DNA of 24,000 nt, from the NCBI GenBank assembly GCA_002773575.1, contig PFAT01000003.1, positions 29,385 through 53,384 on the forward strand. Reading direction: 5' to 3'. Below, piece after piece: positions 13,573 to 21,139 of this stretch. Origin of the DNA: Candidatus Falkowbacteria bacterium CG10_big_fil_rev_8_21_14_0_10_44_15. Its GTDB lineage: Bacteria > Patescibacteriota > Patescibacteriia > Patescibacteriales > XYC2-FULL-47-12. Every line of letters starts with the position of its first letter. Position 1 is the stretch's first letter. Both the position numbers and the translations under genes were made by a program. Under the pieces are notes generated by a model that saw nothing but the letters and a program-made list of their open reading frames with translations, did not search any database and had not been told where the DNA came from.

Positions 13573-14793
13573 ATGAAAATATGCTTAATAAACAATTTAT
13601 ACGGCGAATACGCGCGCGGCGGAGCGGAAAGGGTCGTGGAGAATATCGCGACTGGTTTAGAAGAGGCAAAACATAAGGTTTTTGTTATTGCAACGCGGCC
13701 GATGATAGAGTTAAAAAGTTATAAAGTTAAAAGTAAAAAGCCACTTAATGACGAAATTTATTCGCCTCAAGCTCCTCACAACGACAGCAATGTCACTCGT
13801 CACTCGTCACTCGTTACCCGTCACTTTTTTTGTCCCTGGAACATAATTTCCTATTACAATCTGCATAAGCTGCCGGCAGCGTTAAAATTGCTTTGGCACT
13901 TGATTGATATGTTTAACATCCAGAGTTATTTTAAAATTAAAAAAGTTTTAAGGGCGGAGCAGCCGGATTTGGTGATGACGCATAATTTAACGGGGGTGGG
14001 ATTTTTAACGCCGCTTGCTATTAAACATTGCGGCATCAAGCGCATCCATACTTTACATGACATTCAGCTTTTGCATCCGTCCGGATTGATGATCGTCGGG
14101 CGGGAAAAAAAAGTTGACAGTTGGGCGGCGCGCATTTATCAATGGTGCACTAAAAAATTATTTAATTCGGTGGATGTGGTGATTTCTCCGTCAGCTTGGT
14201 TGATGCAAGAACATAAGAAAAGAGGATTTTTTGGAAAATCAAAGTGCATTATTTTACCAAATCCGATCATCAAGACCCCCTCTTATTCTCCCCCTTCGCA
14301 AAGGGGAGATAATGAGAAGTTTATTTTTTTGTATGTCGGCCAGCTTGAGCCGCACAAAGGCGTTAAATTATTATTTGAAGCGTTTAAGCAGTTAACCAAT
14401 GAAAATTGTGAATTATGGATTGTCGGCGCTGGCGCGGAAAGTAAGAAGTTAGGAATGAATATTAAATTATTAGGAAATAAAAACCATGACGAAGCGCAAA
14501 AGTTGATGCGTGAAGCAAACTGTTTAATCGTTCCGTCGTTATGCTACGAAAATCAACCAACAGTTATTTTGGAGGCGCGGCAAAATAACCTGCCGGTGAT
14601 AGCGTCTGACATTGGCGGCATACCGGAGATTTTAGACGCGGAATTTTTGTTTCAGGCAGGGAAGCGAGAAGATTTGGTTAAAAAGATGAGATGGGTTATA
14701 GAAAACTATGACGAAGTAAAAAAAATACCAAGCGCCGGAACGCAAAATTTTTTATCAGCGCGGAGTTATGTTGATAAAATATTAAGATTGTGA
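13573..14793 (+). CDS. glycosyltransferase family 4
   Basis: 406-aa ORF. Motifs seen: GGAERVVENIA, PDLVMTHNL, HTLHD and SLCYENQPTVILEARQNNLPVIASDIGG. Confidence 0.85.
   Translation: MKICLINNLYGEYARGGAERVVENIATGLEEAKHKVFVIATRPMIELKSYKVKSKKPLNDEIYSPQAPHNDSNVTRHSSLVTRHFFCPWNIISYYNLHKLPAALKLLWHLIDMFNIQSYFKIKKVLRAEQPDLVMTHNLTGVGFLTPLAIKHCGIKRIHTLHDIQLLHPSGLMIVGREKKVDSWAARIYQWCTKKLFNSVDVVISPSAWLMQEHKKRGFFGKSKCIILPNPIIKTPSYSPPSQRGDNEKFIFLYVGQLEPHKGVKLLFEAFKQLTNENCELWIVGAGAESKKLGMNIKLLGNKNHDEAQKLMREANCLIVPSLCYENQPTVILEARQNNLPVIASDIGGIPEILDAEFLFQAGKREDLVKKMRWVIENYDEVKKIPSAGTQNFLSARSYVDKILRL
13792..13826 (+). repeat. heptanucleotide tandem repeat (GTCACTC x3 plus two degenerate units) inside a CDS
   Basis: gtcactc gtcactc gtcactc gttaccc gtcactt, read directly from the sequence. 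It encodes VTRHSSLVTRH. Confidence 0.8.
14276..14320 (+). repeat. polypyrimidine/polypurine hairpin insert, possibly related to family A
   Basis: ccccctcttattctccccctt-cgca-aaggggagataatgagaag. The stem is ctcccc(c)tt/aaggggag with one bulge. It encodes KTPSYSPPSQRGDNEK. Confidence 0.4.
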
Positions 14794-14817
14794 TACTCTA
14801 ATTAAGAAATTTATAAA
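14788..14817 (+). promoter_or_regulatory. candidate promoter of tRNA-Thr
   Basis: TTGTGA (14788-14793, overlapping the GT4 stop codon), 18 nt, TATAAA (14812-14817). It shares the 16-nt block AGAAATTTATAAATTT with the rarA upstream region. Confidence 0.35.
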
Positions 14818-14836
14818 TTTTAAAGCAGTCGCTAGC

Positions 14837-14911
14837 GCCGAAGTAGCTCAGTGGTAGAGCAACTGTTTTGTAAACAGTAGGCCGTGGGTTCGAATCCCAC
14901 CTTCGGCTCCA
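14837..14911 (+). tRNA. tRNA-Thr (anticodon TGT), CCA encoded
   Basis: Manual cloverleaf: acceptor GCCGAAG/CTTCGGC, D arm GCTC-AGTGGTA-GAGC, anticodon arm ACTGT-TTTGTAA-ACAGT, variable loop AGGCC, T arm GTGGG-TTCGAAT-CCCAC, discriminator T, then CCA. Confidence 0.9.
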
Positions 14912-14915
14912 GAAA

Positions 14916-14947
14916 AAGGCGAGACTGTAAATCTCGCCTTTGTTTGT
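14916..14947 (+). terminator. rho-independent terminator after tRNA-Thr
   Basis: aaggcgaga-ctgtaaa-tctcgcctt is a perfect 9-bp stem followed by TGTTTGT. Confidence 0.7.
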
Positions 14948-14973
14948 AGCCAAAAGTTACTTTATGGTATAAT
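14944..14973 (+). promoter_or_regulatory. candidate promoter of the surface-protein gene
   Basis: TTGTAG (14944-14949), 18 nt, extended -10 TGgTATAAT (14965-14973). Confidence 0.4.
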
Positions 14974-15025
14974 ATAACTGTAGATAAAATAACAACCTAT
15001 GGTCATAACAATTTGGTGGCGCGCG

Positions 15026-17575
15026 ATGAAAACGTCGATTTTATGGTTTATTCTTTTAAGCTTGCTCGCTTTTACTCTCGCGGCAGTCGCTTTTTCTTAT
15101 GTGTTTGACAGATATTTGCCAGAAGGAAAAGTGCTGGGAGTGCAAGTGCAAAATAGCGGCGGGTTAAGTTTATTTAGCAGTCAGGCGCGTTTAGTTAAAT
15201 CAGCCCAAAATCCAACCGTTTACGCCATTGCCGGCGGTTTTAAACATCCCATCCGCAACGAGGAAGTCTTTTATTCCTACGATTATAATTTCCGCAATGT
15301 CCGGGTAGTCAGCGCCGCCGAATTGCAAAAATATCCTTTGGCGCGTTTAGCGAAAGAGCGGGGCACGGGCAGAGTTTATTTTTTAAACTACGGCAATAAT
15401 TTAAAGAAATATCATCTTACGCCGCAGGCATTCTCTTCTTACCCCGGCAACCGCTGGGCCGAGGTAGTGGAATTAAGCGGCAAGGATTTAAGCTTTTGGG
15501 AGGACGCGGCGTTGCTGAAAGAAGCAAACAGCGCAAAAATATATTACCTGCGGGGCAATCAAAAAGCCTGGGTTCCGAGCGAGAACGAATTTCTTAACGC
15601 CGGTTTTTCTTGGGGCAAAATTTTGACCGTTAGCAAAGCCGATCTGGATACTTATCAAACCGTTAATTTTAACATTGGCTTGGTGCGTTCCAGCCAAGCA
15701 ACCGCTGCGGCGGCAACCCCGTCGGCGACTAAACAAGTGATCGTCACTCTTGACGCGAGCTCGCCGGCCGCAAGCATTTTTCCTTTTGCCACCGCCGGTA
15801 ATTTGGCAGCCGTTTTTAGGATTCAGGCGTTATCAGGCAATGTCAATATTAACAGTTTAAAGTTGACTAAGAGCGGCTTGTTGAACATCAATAAAATAAC
15901 GGCCGCCAGAGTGGAAGATGAAAATGGGGCGGTGTTTGCTTCTAACGCCAATATCAGCGGCAATTTAATTAACGTCAATTTTAGAAGCCCGGTGGTCATT
16001 CCGCGCGCCTTGCCTAAAGTTTTACGCGTAAAAATTAGCTTTGCGCCCGGGCAAGAAACAAACCACACCGTCAGTTTGGGCATCCAGGCGGAAAGCGACA
16101 TCCAAGCGGACGCAACGGTGAGCGGAATTTTTCCCCTTTTTGCCGCCACGCATAAGCTGATAGCCGCTGATAATTTAATCGGCCAGGTTAGAATATCAAG
16201 CCAGACCATTAACAATACCCTGCGGGACGTAAATTTAGGCTCCAGAAACGAAGCCGTTGCCAGATTTACCTTAGAGGAAACCAGCGGCAACGAAAGAGCG
16301 GCCGTCAGCTCCCTTACCTTTACTAATTACGGCACCGCTAACGATAACGACGTTGAAAACATCTCCCTTTACCGCGACCGCGCTTTAATCGGCGCCGTTA
16401 GGTCTTTACAGAACGGCAAGGCGACTTTTAATTTAACCGATAACAACATCACGGTCGCTAAAAATAGTCCGGTGGAAGTATCGTTAAAAATAGACATTCT
16501 GCAGGGAGAGGGCTCAACTTTAAAATTCGTTATTGACAGCGCCGACGACATCCAGGTGAGGGGACTGACCCAAGGATTTAATTTAGTGGTGGCGAGCGCG
16601 GATAATTTCCCCATTGGCCAGGGGGCAAGCGACAACTACAACAAGGCAGTGTTTAGGCGGGCGGGGGTCGGTTTTTTTGCCTCTAGCTTGACCGACAGTG
16701 AGCGGGAAATTTTTCGCGGCCAAGACAATACCATCTTTGCTCAATTTGAACTGCGCAACGCGGGGCAAGACATTTATTTACAGCGGCTCAAATTGCAGGT
16801 GGAAAAGTTTAACGGCGCGCCCGATATTGCCGACGACATTTCTTTGATGGAAAAAATCAGCCGGGAGGTTATCGTTACCGTTGATAAAGAAAGGACGCGG
16901 GGGGGCGTAATGGCTGATGTAAATTTAGGCAACCATAAAATTGCGGCGAACGCGGCCCCCACTATTTGGGTAGTAATCAAGGTGCCGGAAGATGCCCAGT
17001 CTAACAATTCTTACCGTATTAATATTCCCGAGTTAAGCTATAAAATCGGCTTGGACAACACCACCTACACGCAAGCAGTGGCTGCCATGGGGCAACTGAT
17101 GCGGGTCTACGCGCCGCGCCTGACGCTTACTGCCGGCGCTCTAGTTAACGGCGGCGCGGCCACAGCCGGCGCTGATGCGGTTGAATTAGGCGGCTTCAGT
17201 TTAGCGGCATCGGTTGACGAACAAATTAAAATTACTAATGTCGTGATGAGTTTAGCCACTTCCTCGGATGACGTGACTTACGCGTCCGGCTTTGCGGAGC
17301 TCGCGCTCTATTCCGGGGCCCGCGTTTCGGGAATAATTTCCCAGCCGAATTCGCGCACTTATACTTTTTCTAATTTGAACATAACCATTAGGGCAGGGGC
17401 TACTTTAGGGTTAACTATTAAGGCGGACACGGAAAACATTACTGCCGGCAAGAGGGTGCAATTTAAACTGGAATCGATGCAGGCGGAAGGCTATTCTAGC
17501 CACGCGCCCGTCAGTGTTGCGGGCGAAGGGACCATCAGCGATGCGGTAGCCATTAACGCCGCCAGCGGCGGCTAA
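15026..17575 (+). CDS. large membrane-anchored/secreted repeat-domain surface protein
   Basis: I prefer the ATG at 15026 (MKTSILWFILLSLLAFTLAAVAF signal anchor) over 14999. Three modules of about 55 aa follow (VYAIAGGFKHPI..., VYFLNYGNNLKKYHL..., IYYLRGNQKAWV...), then an Ala/Thr linker, then four divergent modules of about 120 aa that look like beta-sandwich folds. Confidence 0.8.
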   Translation: MKTSILWFILLSLLAFTLAAVAFSYVFDRYLPEGKVLGVQVQNSGGLSLFSSQARLVKSAQNPTVYAIAGGFKHPIRNEEVFYSYDYNFRNVRVVSAAELQKYPLARLAKERGTGRVYFLNYGNNLKKYHLTPQAFSSYPGNRWAEVVELSGKDLSFWEDAALLKEANSAKIYYLRGNQKAWVPSENEFLNAGFSWGKILTVSKADLDTYQTVNFNIGLVRSSQATAAAATPSATKQVIVTLDASSPAASIFPFATAGNLAAVFRIQALSGNVNINSLKLTKSGLLNINKITAARVEDENGAVFASNANISGNLINVNFRSPVVIPRALPKVLRVKISFAPGQETNHTVSLGIQAESDIQADATVSGIFPLFAATHKLIAADNLIGQVRISSQTINNTLRDVNLGSRNEAVARFTLEETSGNERAAVSSLTFTNYGTANDNDVENISLYRDRALIGAVRSLQNGKATFNLTDNNITVAKNSPVEVSLKIDILQGEGSTLKFVIDSADDIQVRGLTQGFNLVVASADNFPIGQGASDNYNKAVFRRAGVGFFASSLTDSEREIFRGQDNTIFAQFELRNAGQDIYLQRLKLQVEKFNGAPDIADDISLMEKISREVIVTVDKERTRGGVMADVNLGNHKIAANAAPTIWVVIKVPEDAQSNNSYRINIPELSYKIGLDNTTYTQAVAAMGQLMRVYAPRLTLTAGALVNGGAATAGADAVELGGFSLAASVDEQIKITNVVMSLATSSDDVTYASGFAELALYSGARVSGIISQPNSRTYTFSNLNITIRAGATLGLTIKADTENITAGKRVQFKLESMQAEGYSSHAPVSVAGEGTISDAVAINAASGG

Positions 17576-17603
17576 AGCAAGTTATTATTGTCGTTCTGAC
17601 AAG

Positions 17604-17638
17604 GAGGCCGTTTTTCCATCCTAATGGCGGGCGGTCTC
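17604..17638 (+). other. GC-rich two-tier hairpin between the surface-protein gene and GT2 (weak terminator or attenuator candidate)
   Basis: gaggccg / cggtctc forms 7 bp with one G-U pair (plus strand only). Inner hairpin ccat-ccta-atgg. It is followed by AAATTTTATTT. Confidence 0.3.
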
Positions 17639-17649
17639 AAATTTTATTT

Positions 17650-18723
17650 ATGGCGAATAAATTATCAATCAGTTTGGTGGTTTATAACGGCGCGGCCTAT
17701 CTGCCGTATTGTTTGGATTCAATTTTTAACCAAAAATATAACCAGCGCCAAATTTTTATTTTAGACAACGGCTCGAGCGATAACAGTTTGGCCATCATTA
17801 AAGAAATAAGCAGCGGGCGGAGCAACGTTATTATTTTGCCGCCGGAGCCGGCTAATATCGGCTTTGCCGCCGGCCATAATAAAATAATTAAGCTCTGCCG
17901 CTCCGAGTTTATTTTGCTCCTTAATCAGGATGTAATTTTAGAGCCGGATTATATCGCCGCCTTGATTAATTTTATGGAGGCTAATTTGTCCGTCGGGGCG
18001 GCGGCAGGCAAAATTTTGCGCTGGAATTTTAAATACGCCGCTAAATCCCGCCCCTTTCGGGAATATAGAGAAAGCGATAATGTCAATAGTTTGGAATATT
18101 TTGGGAAGGGGAGGGATAAATTGACGAGCGCGGGGAAAACCGATATTATTGACACCACGGGATTACGTTTATTTCGTTCCGGCCGGGTGGCGGACCGAGG
18201 AGCGGGAGAACAAGACCGGGGTCAATATGACGCCACTCAAGAGGCGTTTGGCGTTTCCGGCTGTTTGCCGCTTTATCGGCTTGCAGCGCTGCGGCAAGTC
18301 GGCTGCCTTGACGAACATTTTTTTAGCTATCAGGAGGATGTTGATTTGGCTTTTCGCCTGCAGGCAAGCGGCTGGCAGGCTTGGCGCGTAGGCAGCGCCG
18401 TTGCCTATCATGACCGCAGTATCGGAGGTAACGAAACTTCAACCCTGATTGATGCGGTTGCCAACCGCCGGCGGAAACCATCTTGGGCAAATTACTTTTC
18501 TTATCGCAACCATCTTTTTATTCTAATTAAAGATTGGCCCGCCGTTGATTTTGCCCGCTACGGAATTTTTATCTGCTGGTACGAGTTAAAAAAGTTTTTG
18601 TATATTTTGTTGCTGGAGCAAAGATCGCTTTGGGCTTGGATAGAAGTTATTTCGCAATTACCGCGACTACTGCGGGAACGTAAAGCATTAAAACCGCCGA
18701 GCGTTAAGAGATGGATAAAGTAG
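17650..18723 (+). CDS. glycosyltransferase family 2
   Basis: 357-aa ORF. Motifs seen: SISLVVYNGAAYLPYCLDSIFNQ, ILDNGSSDNS, GFAAGHN and YQEDVDLAFRL. Confidence 0.85.
   Translation: MANKLSISLVVYNGAAYLPYCLDSIFNQKYNQRQIFILDNGSSDNSLAIIKEISSGRSNVIILPPEPANIGFAAGHNKIIKLCRSEFILLLNQDVILEPDYIAALINFMEANLSVGAAAGKILRWNFKYAAKSRPFREYRESDNVNSLEYFGKGRDKLTSAGKTDIIDTTGLRLFRSGRVADRGAGEQDRGQYDATQEAFGVSGCLPLYRLAALRQVGCLDEHFFSYQEDVDLAFRLQASGWQAWRVGSAVAYHDRSIGGNETSTLIDAVANRRRKPSWANYFSYRNHLFILIKDWPAVDFARYGIFICWYELKKFLYILLLEQRSLWAWIEVISQLPRLLRERKALKPPSVKRWIK
18044..18118 (+). repeat. about 73-nt insert with imperfect terminal inverted repeats inside the GT2 gene
   Basis: The arm around atcccgcccctt (18045-18056) pairs with aaggggagggat (18106-18117) at 11 of 12 positions (13 of 15 when extended). 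It encodes KSRPFREYRESDNVNSLEYFGKGRDK. Confidence 0.4.
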
Positions 18724-18783
18724 AATGTCTAATTGCTAATTAACCTAATTATTTTAAATAAATTCCAAATTTAGAAACTATCA

Positions 18784-18814
18784 CCGCTATGGCGGGATCC
18801 CGCTGCGGCGGGGG
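18784..18814. repeat. GC-rich hairpin cluster (family B related)
   Basis: ccgc-tatg-gcgg, a 12-nt perfect palindrome gcgggatcccgc (18792-18803), and cccgc-tgcg-gcggg. gatcccgctgcggcgggg resembles gatccccgcctgcgcgggg at 10333. Confidence 0.5.
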
Positions 18815-18841
18815 AATAATTAGAAATCAGAAATTTTATTT

Positions 18842-19651
18842 ATGGATATTTCTTTTATTATCTTAAACTACAAATCAAAAGGCTTGCTTAGAAATTGTCT
18901 GCGCAGCATCACGGGGTTGGATTGGAGCGGCTTACGCTACGAAATTATCGTAGTGGATAACGATTCTCGCGACGGCGTAAAAGAAATGCTCGGGCAAAAT
19001 TTCGCGGGCGTTATTTTAATTGAGTCCCCTAAAAATTTAGGCATGGGGGCCGGCAATAACTTAGGCATTAAGCAGGCCAGAGGGGAATATTTGGTCGTTT
19101 TAAATCCGGATACGGTAGCTTTAGCGGGGGCGGTTAAAAAGATGTATAATTTTATGACTGCTAATCCCCAAATTGGCCTAGTCGGGCCAAAATTAATCAA
19201 TCCGGACGGCAGTTTGCAATATACCCGCTGCCGCTTTCCTTTGTTGCTGACGCCGGTATATCGGCGGACGCCGTTGCAAAAATTAAACGCCATTCAGCAT
19301 AAATTAGACTTATATTTAACTAAAGATCAAAATTACGGCGAAGCCAGCCGGGCGGACTGGCTTTACGGCGCCTGTTTATTTATCCGCCGTAAATCGTTAG
19401 AGCAGGTGGGTTATTTTGACGAACGGTATTTTTTGGGCTTTGAAGACACTGACCTTTGCCGCCGGCTGTGGCGGGCGGGCTGGGAAGTTTGGTATTATCC
19501 CCAAGCCGTTTTTATCCATTACCCGCATCGCTTTAGCGGGGAGGGCAGTTGGCTGACGGGGATTTTTAATCCGAGCATCAGAATTCATATCGCCAGCTGG
19601 CTGAAGTATTTCTTAAAGTGGAGAGCAGAAAAAGTTAGTTTGGATTTATAA
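18842..19651 (+). CDS. glycosyltransferase family 2
   Basis: 269-aa ORF. Motifs seen: ISFIILNYKSKGLLRNCLRSI, VVDNDSRDG, LGMGAGNN and GFEDTDLCRRL. Confidence 0.85.
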   Translation: MDISFIILNYKSKGLLRNCLRSITGLDWSGLRYEIIVVDNDSRDGVKEMLGQNFAGVILIESPKNLGMGAGNNLGIKQARGEYLVVLNPDTVALAGAVKKMYNFMTANPQIGLVGPKLINPDGSLQYTRCRFPLLLTPVYRRTPLQKLNAIQHKLDLYLTKDQNYGEASRADWLYGACLFIRRKSLEQVGYFDERYFLGFEDTDLCRRLWRAGWEVWYYPQAVFIHYPHRFSGEGSWLTGIFNPSIRIHIASWLKYFLKWRAEKVSLDL

Positions 19652-19675
19652 CATTTGCGATCCCTTAATACGAAT

Positions 19676-20683
19676 ATGTTTGCCAAAAGAATCGGCATTG
19701 ACCTAGGAACAACTTATACGCTGGTGCATTTGCCCAAGCGCGGCATTGTAATTAACGAACCCTCCGTAGTGGCCATATCTTTGACCGACAAAAAAATCTT
19801 GGCCGTGGGCAATGAAGCCAAAGAAATGGTCGGCCGGACGCCGGAGACTATCGTCGCCATCAAGCCGCTGAAAGACGGGGTGATTGCCGATTATAAAACG
19901 ACCGAAGCGATGCTGCGCTATTTTGTGAACAAAGCTTTGGGCGGGGTTCGCTTGTTCCGGCCGGAAGTGATGATCGCGGTTCCGGCCGGCATCACTTCTA
20001 CCGAACGCCGTGCCGTTACGGACGCGACCATTGCCGCCGGCGCCAAAGCCGCCTACATCATTAAAGAGCCGGTCGCGGCGGCAATCGGAGCGGACATACC
20101 CATCGGTTCGGCTTCGGGCCATATGATTATTGACATCGGCGGCGGCACGGCGGAAATGGCGGTTATTAGTTTGGGCGGCATCGTCGCCATTAACTCGGTG
20201 CGCGTGGGCGGCAATAAATTTGACGCGGCGATTGCGAATTACATCCGCAAAAAGTACAACTTAGCTATCGGCGAGCGCACGGCGGAAGAAATAAAAATTA
20301 ATATCGGCTCGGCTCTGTATTTAGAAAATAAATTAGTGATGGAAATAAAAGGGCGCGACATCGTTTCCGGCTTGCCGCGCATCGTAACCGCCACTTCGGA
20401 CGACGTGACGGACGCCATTCAAAACGAATTAGAGGCTATCGTCACCTCCGTTAAACAGGTACTGCAGAATACGCCCCCCGAGCTCGCGGCGGACATTATG
20501 GATAAAGGAATGGTGCTTGCCGGCGGCAGTTCGCTTTTACGCAACATTGACCAGTTGCTCGCGCGCACGACCGGCGTGCCGGCTTATGTGGCGGACGAAG
20601 CGCTGTTTTGCGTCGCTAAAGGAACGGGCATTGCGCTGGAAAACCTAAGTTCTTATAAGAGAAGTATTTTAGCGACGAATTAG
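19676..20683 (+). CDS. mreB: rod-shape-determining protein MreB
   Basis: Motifs seen: MFAKRIGIDLGTTYTLV, EPSVVA, IKPLKDGVIADY, VPAGITSTERRAV, IIDIGGGTAEMAVISLGG and LAGGSSLLRNID. I prefer the ATG at 19676 over the track TTG at 19655. Confidence 0.9.
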   Translation: MFAKRIGIDLGTTYTLVHLPKRGIVINEPSVVAISLTDKKILAVGNEAKEMVGRTPETIVAIKPLKDGVIADYKTTEAMLRYFVNKALGGVRLFRPEVMIAVPAGITSTERRAVTDATIAAGAKAAYIIKEPVAAAIGADIPIGSASGHMIIDIGGGTAEMAVISLGGIVAINSVRVGGNKFDAAIANYIRKKYNLAIGERTAEEIKINIGSALYLENKLVMEIKGRDIVSGLPRIVTATSDDVTDAIQNELEAIVTSVKQVLQNTPPELAADIMDKGMVLAGGSSLLRNIDQLLARTTGVPAYVADEALFCVAKGTGIALENLSSYKRSILATN

Positions 20684-20690
20684 TTTTTGG

Positions 20691-21074
20691 CTATTTAGAA
20701 TGATTGATGATATCCTGGATTTTTTTGTCTATTTCTTGCGGCTTGTCCCCTAAGTCGGCATCGGGAAAAAATTGAGAGAGAATATTTGGGCGCATGCCGG
20801 AAATGAATGTTTGGTCATCTTTGACATAAACATTGATTTTACACGGCAGGCAAAGTCCGATTTTAATATCGGCATTTAAAAAATCATTGGCGTATTTAGC
20901 ATTGCAAAACTCGACGATTTTAAATGGCTCTCTCTCAAATCCTTTTTCGGTTAAGGTCTTTTGGACATCGTGGATATGTAAAACCATCATGCCCGCTTTG
21001 GCAATTTCATCTTCAACGCTTTTTACGGCTAAATCAAAGTTCTTTGATGTTGTTTGGGTATAGTCAAAGTCCAT
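20691..21074 (-). CDS. DUF302 domain protein
   Basis: 127-aa ORF. FKIVEFCNAKYANDFL...IGLCLPCKINVYVKDDQTFISGMRP follows the DUF302 pattern. Confidence 0.8.
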   Translation of the reverse strand: MDFDYTQTTSKNFDLAVKSVEDEIAKAGMMVLHIHDVQKTLTEKGFEREPFKIVEFCNAKYANDFLNADIKIGLCLPCKINVYVKDDQTFISGMRPNILSQFFPDADLGDKPQEIDKKIQDIINHSK

Positions 21075-21139
21075 AATTTAGATTGTTAAATTGTTTTAAT
21101 GATTAAAAGTTCATCGAACATCCTTAAAGTGGATGAAAT

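Noticed and set aside
13792-13826. Possible CRISPR or other spaced repeat array
   Set aside because: The units are 7 nt, directly tandem with no spacers, and lie within a CDS. No CRISPR-like repeat-spacer periodicity exists anywhere in the window.
15823-16290. 155-aa and other minus-strand ORFs inside the surface-protein gene (also 15488-15736, 16369-16635, 16774-17007)
   Set aside because: They are nested antisense ORFs within a long, uninterrupted, repeat-structured plus-strand CDS.
19703-20122. 139-aa minus-strand ORF inside mreB
   Set aside because: This Arg/Gly-rich antisense product of a GC-rich stretch is nested in an unambiguous MreB coding sequence.
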